From: a virus
Virus record (IMG/VR): IMGVR_UViG_3300015371_000003
Coordinates: 1-64,000 of that record
Length of the DNA: 64,000 nucleotides
Reading direction: 5' to 3' (one strand)
Shown: piece by piece, positions 8,632 to 19,700 of the stretch
How the letters are laid out: each line of letters starts with the position of its first letter
Position numbering within the stretch: the stretch's first letter is position 1
Notes under the pieces: generated by a model
Database searches by the model: none
Told to the model about the DNA's origin: nothing
What the model saw: only the letters and a program-made list of their open reading frames with translations
Position numbers and translations under genes: made by a program

Positions 8632-9750
8632 ATGGCCCTCCTCTTTGCTGATTCCTTCGATCACTACGTTACCGCTGATTTAGCGTCGAAGTGGACTTCC
8701 AATGTGGCGGGGGATATTGGGACCGCTTCGATTAGTGCGAGCAATGGACGGCATAGCTCGGCAGCGTTGCAGATCCAATCGTCCAATAGCACCGGGTGGG
8801 CCGGGGCGTACATGCTCAAGACGCTCACTCCCGGTGATTCTACGATTATCTGTGGCGTGGCGTTCAATCCGGGCAATTTTGTCTTTGCCACGGGCACGGA
8901 TCCGGATTTCACGGGCAACTCAGGGGCAGGGGCGTGTACGTGTGCGATGGCCGTGCGGCTCAATACGTTCGTGCAAGCCTTCCTTCGCGTCAATCCAAGT
9001 GGGACGGTGAGTGCCTACCGGGGCAATGCCTCAAGTGGGGGCGGCACGTTGTTAGGATCGTCATCGCTGCCGTTAATGGCAAACGTTTTCAACTACCTTG
9101 AAATCAAAATCACGATTGACAACAGCGCAGGCGTGTTTATCGTGCGGCTCAACGGCAATCCGACACCGATCCTGAATCTCACTGGGCAGGATACGCAATC
9201 GCAAGCGACTTCTGCATGGAACGGATTACAGGTGGGGCGTGTGTCGTCAGGGGGAGGAACGCAGACGTGCCGGTGGGATGATCTGTATGTGCTCGATGGG
9301 ACGGGATCGGCCCCGTGGAATACGTTCCTCGGAGATGTGCGAGTCGATGCGCGACTCCCCACCGGAGCCGGGACCACGACGGGATGGACGCCTTCGACGG
9401 GATCGAATTACGCGGCGGTGGATGATGCGGCCCCCAACAGCGATACCGATTACGTGGCGGCGACTTCAACCCCTCTGACGGATACGTATGTGTTTCAAGA
9501 TGTGCCCGTGGCGGGATCGACAGTGTTGGGGGTGCAGCATTGCATCTATGCGAAGAAGATCGACGGCGGCACGTGTGCGATTGCGCCTGTGGTCAGGCAC
9601 AGCAGCACGGATTACGTGGGGAGTGATTTGTTTCCCGGCACGAGCTATGGGTACGGGCTGCTGATGCAACCCACCAATCCCGGCACGAGTGCTCAGTGGA
9701 CGGAGAGCGATTTCAACGCGGCGGAATTCGGGGTGAAGCGCACAGCCTGA
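8632..9750 (+). CDS. putative virion beta-rich (minor tail/adhesion) protein, paralog 2
   Basis: Colinear with 7495-8625 from MALLFADSFDHY to FNAAEFGVKRT. Confidence 0.6.
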   Translation: MALLFADSFDHYVTADLASKWTSNVAGDIGTASISASNGRHSSAALQIQSSNSTGWAGAYMLKTLTPGDSTIICGVAFNPGNFVFATGTDPDFTGNSGAGACTCAMAVRLNTFVQAFLRVNPSGTVSAYRGNASSGGGTLLGSSSLPLMANVFNYLEIKITIDNSAGVFIVRLNGNPTPILNLTGQDTQSQATSAWNGLQVGRVSSGGGTQTCRWDDLYVLDGTGSAPWNTFLGDVRVDARLPTGAGTTTGWTPSTGSNYAAVDDAAPNSDTDYVAATSTPLTDTYVFQDVPVAGSTVLGVQHCIYAKKIDGGTCAIAPVVRHSSTDYVGSDLFPGTSYGYGLLMQPTNPGTSAQWTESDFNAAEFGVKRTA

Positions 9751-9843
9751 ATTCGTTGCAACCAATTGCACCGAGTTGACAAACGTTTTCAGTCGTGTTA
9801 GACTGGTTCTCACATGCCCCAAGGAGTGGGGCGGGAGGAATCT

Positions 9844-10053
9844 GTGGCTCGATACCGCAAGCACAATCATTACTGCGCGGCCAAAGGCTGCAAGAACGTC
9901 ATTGCGACGTGCTCGGCTCCGCAGGACGACGGCTCCCCGCATTGCTGCGAGGATGAGGAGCATTTTCACTGGACGCTCTGCGACGACTGTGAAGAAGTGC
10001 GGTCGGCGGCGGAGGAGGCGGATCGGCATCAGGATCTGATCGAGGCCGCATAA
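9844..10053 (+). CDS. small Cys-rich protein
   Basis: GGAGG before GTG 9844; multiple Cys pairs. Confidence 0.55.
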   Translation: MARYRKHNHYCAAKGCKNVIATCSAPQDDGSPHCCEDEEHFHWTLCDDCEEVRSAAEEADRHQDLIEAA

Positions 10054-10891
10054 TGCCCATGCTGTTCCAAACGCCGAAGAAACCTAAGCCGTTTCTGTGG
10101 TTGTATTACGAGACGGCGGGGGACGGCATGTACGATCTGAAGCTGTTCAAGTCAGAGGAGTCTGCCGAAGCCCACAAGAAGAAAATCGCCAACGGCTACG
10201 GGAAGGTGGAGAAGATCGAGGTGAACGACTAATGCCCATTCGAACACGAGTGGCCGTGCTCCGGAACAGCTACAACGGCGAATATCTGACCATGACAGGC
10301 CGATGGACGATGACTCGGGAACGAGCGATGCGGTTCCAAGTCTCTGATGGGGTGTTCGTGCAGGCCCAACTCCGCTCCCGCAATTTCGAGAGTCCCTACA
10401 AGGGCTTGACCCTCGAATGGTTGCCCAAGCGTCCACGGCATACGTATGCCTCTGCCGCAGACGTGGCGGCGTTTTTGGACGCGATTGTGCTTCGGGGGCT
10501 GGAAGCAGAACGGGATCGGTATCTCAGGCTGGTGGAGGCGTGTCAACAGCAGGCCATACATGCTCGCACGCGGGCTGAGGAAATGGCTCAAAAAGCCAAA
10601 GCGATTCAGATGCGGTTGGCGTCCATGTCACTTGACAAATCCAAGTGATTGTGTCATACTGACATCATGAATCCTCAAGCATGGCGGGAGTCGTTCACCA
10701 ACAATGCGGCGGATCTGCTCCAAATCTATCGATGGGCGGATGCGATGACGGATGAGGAATTCAAGCATCTGTTGCTGGTAATCTTCAAGCGGAGCATCAA
10801 GCGCAAAGCCCTCAAAATCAACGAACGAACCGTGCAATGGGCACTGGCGGCACGGGAACAGGTCAAGACTGAGCTACGGGGAGACGCATGA
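10053..10891 (+). other. cluster of small hypothetical genes (10053-10232, 10232-10648, 10667-10891)
   Basis: TAATG-coupled ORFs; the last starts 6 nt after a -10 box (leaderless). Confidence 0.6.
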
Positions 10892-11470
10892 GCGACCGGT
10901 TGACCAAACGACTCGATCACTTCATGGATATGTGGCTGTCGAAAGCCGCACAGAAAGAATTCGTCAAGCTGGTGGAGGCGGTGCATCACCAAGCCCGAAA
11001 AGAGACGGAAGACTGGATTGCAGAGCGGCGGAAGGAATTAGGGGTGCGGTGAGGGGGTGAAGTCTTGACACCGTTGGGGAAATCTGTCTGATAAAATTAT
11101 GAGATTCGTCCCTATCGCTTTCAACCAGATCGGTCGGCACGGCTCCCCCTGCCGTATCTCGTACGTCAATTGTTGCCTGACGGACGTGGGTGGGTGGTCC
11201 ATCGTGCGCCTTCCATTGGGTGTGCGCTGAGTTGGGCACACGCCTTTCAGGAGAAGATGCCACCTCTCTGGATTGAATACCGGGACAAGCCTGCCTACCG
11301 CAATACGGTGGAAATGAAGGCTCGACTACGCCGATTGCAGCGTAAACACGCCAATCGTGCGGACATTATCCGCTTATTGGAGAAGGAGTTACAGGGGCTT
11401 GACAAATCACCCACGGGGTGATAGACTGGTTCTTGTCAGTTCAACCCGGCTCATGGAGGAGACAGCACAG

Positions 11471-11962
11471 ATGACCACGAAGGAACATGCGGCGGCGATT
11501 CGGCAGGCGTACAAAGCCAAGGGCTGGACGGCCCGCGATATCTCCGTCCGGATCCATCTCTACTCGATGGGATCGTCCATCTACGTCGTGATCAAGAACC
11601 CGGACGTGCCCTTCAAGGTGGTGGAAGACATCGCCAACGGCGCGGAGTCGATTCGTCGGTGCGAGTATTCCGGGGAAATCCTCTCTGGCGGCAACCGCTA
11701 CGTCCACGTCAACTACTCCTCTGAAGCCCGCGCTACCATTCACGCCAATTACGCGGGGGTGCTGACGGATGCGGCCCGTGCTCTGGGAGCCAATCCCAAC
11801 GACAACAGTCTCCACGAGATTGGGGACACCGGTTTCCTGCTTGGCAAGGGCACCAACGGCTACGGCTTCAGTTTGTGGAAAGACAGCCACATTCAGGCGG
11901 CGAACGAAGCGATTCATCTGGCGACCACGTTGCACACCCGTCTGCAATCAGTTGCCAAGTGA
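11471..11962 (+). CDS. LPD29-like (large polyvalent protein-associated) domain protein
   Basis: AAAIRQAYK...ISVR...YSMGSSIYV matches my recollection of the LPD29 pattern. Confidence 0.6.
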   Translation: MTTKEHAAAIRQAYKAKGWTARDISVRIHLYSMGSSIYVVIKNPDVPFKVVEDIANGAESIRRCEYSGEILSGGNRYVHVNYSSEARATIHANYAGVLTDAARALGANPNDNSLHEIGDTGFLLGKGTNGYGFSLWKDSHIQAANEAIHLATTLHTRLQSVAK

Positions 11963-11965
11963 CCC

Positions 11966-12838
11966 ATGCCTTGCACCCATCCGAAGCGACTGCACGAGAC
12001 GCGAGAGGCGGCGTTAGAGCACGTCAAGTCGCTACTCTGGCGCAATCAGGTGGAGGGACACCCGGAACGCTCCTATCGTCTGGGTGTCTACCCCTGCGAT
12101 CAATCACCGGGCTGGCACGTGGGGCATGCTCATGGGACGCCACCCGTCTACCACTACACCTTCGGCTCTAAGCTGGATGCGATTCTGGCGGCGGATAAAT
12201 TGCGAGTCCCCTCGGATGCGCGACGAACGAAGCGTCAGCGGCAGATCGAACCGGAACCCCTCTTGTGGTTCTCCCGCAACCCGGAGTGGGAATTCTCCGT
12301 GTTCAAGGCCAGAAAAGAGATGTTTGGGCACCGGTATACGTGGCGGACCTTGAATGAAATCGTGGCGCAGGGGCTGGTCCGCTTTGCGGTTCCGGCAGTG
12401 TATGCCAAGCTGCGCTGGCCGGATTACGTGGAACGCAATCGAGTCCCCTCGATTGAACGGGATGCGATGGCTCTCTATGGCAATCCGACTGAGTGGTTAG
12501 CCACCGATGAGGATGTGCCGTTGGACGTGTGTTGTCGAGCAGGCGATAGCGGCGTCCAAGTGTTCTACCGAGGGGAATGGGTGAACGTGGCGGATGTCGA
12601 TGAGGCGGCGTATGATGCCTATCTCAAGGATCGTCCGGATGCCTACGCCAAGGCCGAAGCCTCTCTCTGGAAGAAGGTGGAGGCCGCAGAAGCAGCCAAC
12701 ACAAGCAAGATGATGTTGACCACGGATGAAATGCTCATCGCGGCGGATGTCGATCACGAGTGTCGGCGGGATGAGGGGATGGAGGTGTTGAAAAAGCGGC
12801 TGAAGGCCCAACGGCAGAAGGCATTTGACAAACTCTGA
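11966..12838 (+). CDS. hypothetical protein, possible ADP-ribosyltransferase fold
   Basis: VYHYT...IL...L...LLWFS spacing resembles ART strands 1 and 2; N-terminal YPC..GWH module. Confidence 0.4.
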   Translation: MPCTHPKRLHETREAALEHVKSLLWRNQVEGHPERSYRLGVYPCDQSPGWHVGHAHGTPPVYHYTFGSKLDAILAADKLRVPSDARRTKRQRQIEPEPLLWFSRNPEWEFSVFKARKEMFGHRYTWRTLNEIVAQGLVRFAVPAVYAKLRWPDYVERNRVPSIERDAMALYGNPTEWLATDEDVPLDVCCRAGDSGVQVFYRGEWVNVADVDEAAYDAYLKDRPDAYAKAEASLWKKVEAAEAANTSKMMLTTDEMLIAADVDHECRRDEGMEVLKKRLKAQRQKAFDKL

Positions 12839-12859
12839 GGATTGTGTCATACTAGGGGT

Positions 12860-13072
12860 ATGTTGATCACCTTGAAGATTCGGTTGGAAGCGTTCCACAA
12901 GCCCACGGAGACGTGGCACGTCCACGAGGCGCAGCACGGGGTCCGTGCGGTGTCGCGCAAGCACGCGATTAGTAAAGGGCTGAAGGTGCTCGAAAGCTGG
13001 CCGGGGTATGCGGATCGGCAGGACCATCCGGAGTGGACGGTGGGCGGCGACGTGACCATCGTGAACGACTGA
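12860..13072 (+). CDS. hypothetical protein (leaderless)
   Basis: ATG 6 nt after the CATACT -10 box. Confidence 0.6.
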   Translation: MLITLKIRLEAFHKPTETWHVHEAQHGVRAVSRKHAISKGLKVLESWPGYADRQDHPEWTVGGDVTIVND

Positions 13073-13159
13073 CGTGCAATCGTGTGCAGTTGACAAATCC
13101 CACGGCGGGTGCTATACTAGTCTTGTCAGTCGGTGATGTGCCCATAGGAGGGGCCAGCA

Positions 13160-14017
13160 GTGAACAAAAAGCCAACCGTCCACAACCCCACCAACTTCGA
13201 TCCGGCGAGCTACGAAGTCGAGAACTATCTCGACAACAAGCGGCCCGGTTACTACGGCCAACCCGTCGAAGTGTTCACCGACGAGGTGAAATTCTGGGAG
13301 GCGGAGATGGCGTCCACCTTCGGCGCGGAGTGGCGCAAGAAGATCGGCCACTGCGTGCATTGCGGCAACGGGCGCGTCCGCTGGATCACCGCTGTCAGGC
13401 ACCTTCCGACCAACGACGTGGTGGTCTTCGGCAGCGACTGCACTCACCGTCTGGGCTTCGCCAACAAGCACGAGTGGAAGCTGGCCGTGCTCAAGTCGAA
13501 GGCGGAGGCGGGCCACGCCAAGATGAAGGTGTGGAAGGCGCGGGTGGCCTTCCTCGAAGCTAACCCCAACGTGGCGCAGGCGGTCGAGCAAGCGAAGAAC
13601 CCCGTCCACGCGAAGAACGCCTTCGTCCACGACGTGCTTTCGAAGCTGAACCAGTACGGCAACCTCACGGAGCGTCAGGTGGCGGCGGTGATTACCTCCC
13701 TTCAGCGGGACATCGATGCGGTGGCTCGCAAGGCGGTGGAGGCGGTGGAGGTCAAGGGACCGGCCCCGGAGGGGCGGCAGACCGTGACCGGCGAAGTCCT
13801 CTCCCTGAAGACGCAGGAAGTCTTCTATGGCCCCCAGACGAAGATGCTGGTCAAGCTGGCGAATAACAGCCGGGTGTGGGTGACGGCTCCCTCGAAGGCC
13901 ACGCTGAGCAAGGGTGACGTGATTACCTTCTCGGCCACCTTCGAAGTGAGCAAGGATGACCCCTCCTTCGGCTTCGGCAAGCGGCCCACGCTGGTGGGCG
14001 TCAAGGCGGCGGCGTGA
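13160..14017 (+). CDS. protein with Cys motif and C-terminal OB-fold-like region
   Basis: CVHCG...FGSDC; GRQTVTGEVLSLK...KMLVK...RVW...GDVITFSATF; strongly biased codons. Confidence 0.55.
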   Translation: MNKKPTVHNPTNFDPASYEVENYLDNKRPGYYGQPVEVFTDEVKFWEAEMASTFGAEWRKKIGHCVHCGNGRVRWITAVRHLPTNDVVVFGSDCTHRLGFANKHEWKLAVLKSKAEAGHAKMKVWKARVAFLEANPNVAQAVEQAKNPVHAKNAFVHDVLSKLNQYGNLTERQVAAVITSLQRDIDAVARKAVEAVEVKGPAPEGRQTVTGEVLSLKTQEVFYGPQTKMLVKLANNSRVWVTAPSKATLSKGDVITFSATFEVSKDDPSFGFGKRPTLVGVKAAA

Positions 14018-14066
14018 TACGGGCGGGGGGCAGGATGCCCCCTGCACTCAATTGCAGGAGCAGAAC

Positions 14067-14267
14067 ATGAACGAACATGACATCAGAGTCGAGATTCACC
14101 ATATTCTCGATTCACACGCCGAAGTGCTGCAATCCATGCGGGCGGCGAGAGCGGCGATGGATAGTGCGTTCAAAGCAGGTGACGATGCGCTGGTGAGTGC
14201 CATCGAAGCGAATCGTGCGGCCCTTCGCTTGTTGAATCGATTGCTCGATGAGGGCATTGAGGATTGA
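14067..14267 (+). CDS. hypothetical helical protein
   Basis: AGGAG RBS immediately after palindrome 14043. Confidence 0.6.
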   Translation: MNEHDIRVEIHHILDSHAEVLQSMRAARAAMDSAFKAGDDALVSAIEANRAALRLLNRLLDEGIED

Positions 14268-14326
14268 CAAACCCTCCCCGGTTTGCTACACTAGGGGAGT
14301 CGAATTTCTCAAGGAGTGAGAGCACA

Positions 14327-14746
14327 ATGACTGTTGTCACGGTTCTGAGCGGGCACACCTCACAGGAGACGGCGTATCTGGTCGAGGATTATCCGTATGG
14401 CTTCCGCCTGCGGTGCCAGATTCGTTTCTGGATCGAGACGAACAAGAACGGCTCTCGGGTGGTGTCGCAAACGTCGAACCCCAAGAAGCCGGGGCTGGTG
14501 TGGAACAAGCCCAAGGCGTCCACCTACACGCCCCTGCGGGTGCTGTTCATTGATGAGAACGGCCACGTCGTCAATGAGGCGTTGTCGTTCTATGCGGACT
14601 CTGCCAAGATTGCGGCGTTCGAAGCCGCTTTCGGAGAGGCGCTGACGAGCGACCGGGACCAGAAGGTACTGACGCTGATGAAGGTGATGGCGGCGAAGTC
14701 GGAAGCGCGGGAGGCCGCACGGAAGGCGGCGGAGGCCACGCAGTGA
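14327..14746 (+). CDS. phage hypothetical protein (DYPYGFRLRC motif)
   Basis: Promoter plus hairpin SD. Confidence 0.7.
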   Translation: MTVVTVLSGHTSQETAYLVEDYPYGFRLRCQIRFWIETNKNGSRVVSQTSNPKKPGLVWNKPKASTYTPLRVLFIDENGHVVNEALSFYADSAKIAAFEAAFGEALTSDRDQKVLTLMKVMAAKSEAREAARKAAEATQ

Positions 14747-15279
14747 GCGATCCTCGACTGAAGGCGGACATCTTCGCCCAGAAAGTGCCGTGTGACGATT
14801 GCCCCTTCCGCAAAAAGGGCGGCGTCAGGCACACCCCTGAAATGCTGGCGAGCTACATCAGCTATTTCATCAACGCACCGGGGGCCACGTTCCCCTGTCA
14901 CAAGTCGGTGAACAAGACCGATGATCGGGAGGGGTGGTCGGAGTGGAAAGACGGCCAAGTGCTCTGTGCCGGGGGGCTGATCTTTGCGGCGAAGCTGCAA
15001 CGGGAGAACGGCGTCACCCGTCTCGGTAAGGCCAAGGGTTGGTATGATCCGGCCCAACACACGGCGGAGGAGAAGGCTCTTGTCTTTGATTCAGTGCGGG
15101 ATATGCTCAAATACCAGTATCGCCCGGTGATGGACAAGAAACCGGACGAGATGACCATTCGAGAGCGGGCGGAGTTTCTGGCCCACGAGATTTTCGAAGA
15201 CGTGATGGCTCCGGAAGAAGAAATTGCGGACGCTATCGAAGTGGAGATTCGGCGGTTTGCGCGGCGGGAGGTCAAATGA
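14743..15279 (+). CDS. Cys-rich protein (DUF6283-like)
   Basis: PCDDCPFRK...FPCHK...CAG. Confidence 0.6.
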   Translation: MSDPRLKADIFAQKVPCDDCPFRKKGGVRHTPEMLASYISYFINAPGATFPCHKSVNKTDDREGWSEWKDGQVLCAGGLIFAAKLQRENGVTRLGKAKGWYDPAQHTAEEKALVFDSVRDMLKYQYRPVMDKKPDEMTIRERAEFLAHEIFEDVMAPEEEIADAIEVEIRRFARREVK

Positions 15280-15448
15280 AATTCGACACACCTGAGGATT
15301 GGCTGCGCTGGCTCAATACGCTCCCCCAAGACCAACGGGATCGTATCGTCGCGCAAACTTATCTCTTGGTGGAAGCCGGGTGGAACGGCTGCGAGGCCGC
15401 AAATTTCATCGGGATCGGAGTGGAGCCGCAACAGGAACGGGTGCATTG

Positions 15449-16700
15449 ATGACCAAGTTCCTCGCAATTCTGTCGGCGGTGCTCTACCTAGTTCTACTCG
15501 GGGCGGCTCTCGTGACGGGGGAGTATGTCGGATTCGTGTTCATGCTGGTGATTCTGTTCCTAGCGGCGGCGATGGTGGCGTCATGACGAAAAAACTGTGT
15601 CATTCATGCGAAGATGGACGAAACATTACGCTCCGAGCGGCCATCGAAGTGGACGCCAAGGGGCTGATCAAGATTCGGTGTCAGGAATGTTATCGGCTGA
15701 CGTTGGTGGGGCCGCAGACGGATCGGCTGTTCAATCAGGCATGGCGGGAGGCGACGTGGTGAAGGCAGACAATCCCGGCGTCGGTGACAAGTGTGTGTGT
15801 CGTGAGCCTTCGTCAGATTCAGGCAGTGGACGGTTAGGCCGCTACTGTCCTCATTGTGGAAGGGATTTGATGGGCGGCTCCCTCGAACAGACTCGTCACG
15901 ACAAACTCATGGATGATGCTCTTGTGGCCCTTGAAACCTATAAAGAGCGGATTCAGGCGTTGGAAGCCGAGAACACCACGCTCCGATCCCAACTGGTGTG
16001 TCAACGATGCCGGATGAACCCCGCGTGTGTTTGTGTTGGTTGCGCGACGTTTGCGGAGGATTTGAAGCGATGAAGGCAACATGAGCAAGGCACTTGAACA
16101 GTTGTTGAACTGGCCCAAGGGCAGCACGGTCCACCGACTCGCTTCAGAAGTCGAAGCCGAGATACAGCAGCTACAAACACAGGCGAGAGCAGACGCTTTA
16201 CAAACCCTCCGTGAAATACTCTGGTTGATTCGTCTCGGGATGAAGGGACAGACCGATGGATTGGTTGCAGGAACTACCGTTGAGTCCAGCGGCAGCGGCA
16301 GAGCGACAGAAGCTGACCCCGGAGGAATTCCAGAGCGTCCAGACGGCGCTTGAACATCTCGCCCTCGTCTCCGAAATCCCCGTGATCGAATTGGCGGAAG
16401 CCCTCATCGGTGCGCTGGTGTCCATGTCGGACAAGAACGATATCGATCCGTTCATGATGTTGCTGGAAAGGATCATTCAAGAAAATGAGTAGCTTCGAAA
16501 GCATGGCAAAACTGGATGAATTTGAAAAAGAGTTGGCTGCGCTGATCAACAAGCACAGCTTGGAGAACGACTCCAACACCCCCGACTTCATCTTGGCGCA
16601 TTATCTGCGTCGGTGCTTGGAATCTTTCAACAATACCTCCGTGACACGGGAGAAGTGGTACGGGAAATCGTTGCGAATTGGTGATGGGGAGAAGGACTAA
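15449..16700 (+). other. cluster of small hypothetical genes (15449-15586 membrane protein, 15756-16073, 16256-16492, 16485-16700)
   Basis: Overlapping start/stop codons; hydrophobic and Cys-rich peptides. Confidence 0.5.
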
Positions 16701-16756
16701 TCCGGTGTAAGCTAGACGCTGCAATCAAGTGCAACGCTTGACGCGGGAGGCCGAGG

Positions 16757-19700
16757 GTGGCGAAGAAGAAATCGACGCCAGTCGTTCGATTGACCGTTCC
16801 GACCGGCGGCGGCATTGTGGGCGTCCCCTATACGGTCAAACTCTCCATCTCCGATAAAGACAACGACCTGAAATCCGGCTCCCTCTTTTGGGGCGACGGT
16901 GTGGCGGATACATGGCAAGAAGTTCCACCCACTGAACTGACCCACGTCTACACCACCGCGAAAACCTTCACCCTCCGGGTCACGGCCCTCGACAAACAAG
17001 GCGGACAAGGTGTCGCCACTGCTGATATCGTGGTGAAGCTGGCGGAGCCGATTCCTGAACCTCCAGAACCCATCACGGGCGCACGGCTGTATCTCACCCC
17101 CTCAGTCGAAGCCGCCGTGACGAAGAAGCGGCAGGCCGGGGATTCGGACTGGCAGCAGTGCCAGCGGGCGGCGGATGTCTATCAGTTGAAACTCCCTCCG
17201 TGGGTGCGTGTCATTAGCGCCACGAATTCGAATCCGGTGCGGCTGCAAACCGATGCCCCGTTGCCGTGGAAACCCGGCACCACCACGATTTGTTACATCG
17301 TCGGGGCCACGGGATCATGGGCAGCGATCAACAACAATCCCCCCAAAGGCGCGTGGACAGCAACGGCTAGTGCTGATGGAACGGCGTCGTTTACGATTCC
17401 GGTAGACGCGACGACGTTTGGCCCCCTGCAAGGCACGCTGACGGTCTGGGTGTACGGCAATCTGTCGAGTGAGTATCTGGATTACGGCCAGTCGGCAGAC
17501 CAGTGGTGGGATGCGGCGTTCACGCTTTCGCTGTGCTATCGGCAAACGACCCTCGTGCCCTATCAAGCTGCTGTCATGCGCTTCTTCGATTGGTGGTGTG
17601 CGCTTGGTGTGGCGGGGCTGGATGCCCCCGTGTCACAGGACTCTGGGCGGGGTAGCTTCGGTGTGCAACCGGCAGTCACGACGGTGTATGACTGGCTGTA
17701 TGCCCAACTCTCAGAGGCACAGCGCACAGCCGCAGTGACGGCTCTGAACCGTTGGAATGCGTGGACAGACAAGAACGGCGAGAGTCGGCATTCGGCCACG
17801 AGCAATTATTGGGAGGGGCATCAACTGGCCTTCCTCCAAACCGGTTATGCCACGCAGGACGAAAACTCGCAGGCGGAGGCGTGGCTGACGCTGGCGGAGC
17901 AGGACTGGCAGAGTGATTTTGTCCCCTTCTTCCTCCCCCCGCAACCCGGACAACAGATTTACGGCAGCAATGAGGGCTTCTACTACAGCGGGACCGCTGT
18001 TTCTGGCTTCAACTACGGGGGCAATGATATCGCCCGTCACGTGCAGCGGATGTTCCTGATCAAGAGTGCGACCGGGGGAGACACCCCAGACGGGATCGAC
18101 TACGCCACTCGGTGGGTCCGCAATCTGTTCTACCAACTCCGTCCAGATCGCTGGAAGGCTCCTACCCACGGGCAGTGGACCGGCGACATGACCGGTGTGA
18201 TGAAATACAACGACGCCATTTTCCTCTCCGCGTATTTGGCGGGGCAGCAGGAGGGGAAGTGGGTGCAGTGGTATCTCCAACACAGCGGTGTGAATGCTCC
18301 CAACATTCCTCCCGGCGCGAAGGCGTTTGCAGACGGGTCCACCGAATACAAGTGGCGGTTGCTGTTCTACGATCCGGATCGTCCTGCGGAAGATTACACC
18401 CAGACCCTTCCCCCGTACTTCTTCGCGGATGGCGGAGAACCGGCGGTGCATTGGCGCACGGGGTGGGATGAGAAGGCCATCTCCTTGATCTTCCGCTGTG
18501 GTCCCGGTCTGTACAACGGTTCTCTCAGTAAGCAGGGCGGGCACGTCGATATTTACCGGGGCACCGATTACCTGTTGGTGCAGAGCAACTATTTCAAGGG
18601 CACCACGGATGGTCTAAGTGGGGTGCCGCATTCCGGGGATCTATCGAATGCGCTGGCAAACACCCTCGACTTCTACGATGACGCGACGATTTGTTATCCC
18701 CGCAATTATCCCTATGTGGGCTGTCAGATGTTGGGCGGCAAGTATCGGACGCCTCTGGTCCGTCTCACACGAGAGTCGATGTACGCCGAGAACGAGTTTG
18801 CCTCTGCCTACGATAGTCAAGGCGCTTCCAAGAATCGCACGCTCAAGTACTGGTTCCGCACGACGGTTTCCTTCGGGCAGGAAACGGTCATCTGGGATCG
18901 CGTGAAGTCCACGAAGCCCACGCATCGCAAAGTGTTGCCGTGGCATCTGCCGGGAACCACGCCCACGGAGGTGAGTGCGGCGGCGGTAGACACGAGCATC
19001 GGAGCCTCACGACTGCGGGTGGTGCCGATTACCTCCCACGGAGCCGTCCGAGCGATTCAGCGCAATCAAGTGCAGGGCGTAGATGGGAACTGGCGGGTGG
19101 AGATTACGGATCAAAATCCGCACGAGGAATTTACTTGTCTCACGGCAATGCTGGCGCAAGCCACGGGAGCCGTAGACATTCCGGTGATGGTGCTGGATTC
19201 CGATCCGACTGTCGTGGCGGTGCAAGTGGGGCAGCGGGTGATCGTGTTGCCGGTTGGCGCGACCGAGCTACCAGATGGGACGTTCGAATCCCTCCGGGTG
19301 GAGACGGTGGCGTTTACGAGCACGCACGGAGGAGACGCCACGTATCTGATCGGCGGACTCAAACCGGGCCACTACGTCATCCAAGGCGCATTGAATCAGG
19401 AAATCGATGTGCCTGCGGATGGCGTGGCAACGTTCACGGCGAAGGCCGGATCGTTTGTCATCGGCACCGGAGCAGGCCCAATCCCTCCGGATCCGGAACC
19501 CCCGAATGGGGATGTGGACTGGACCAGTGATCTGGTGCTGGCCTACGGACAGACGTTCGAACTGATCGGCACCCCTACGGCCCGCAAAGTGCTCAAAGCC
19601 AATGGGCATCATATCGCGGTGGACGGGGGCGGGAGTTGGAATGGGATCCTGCAACTGGATCACGCGGACATCTACGATCTGGGGTCCACCAGTTACTTCG

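Noticed and set aside
7495-9750. DGR template/variable repeat pair
   Set aside because: Divergence spans the whole gene and is not adenine-specific; no reverse transcriptase was seen.
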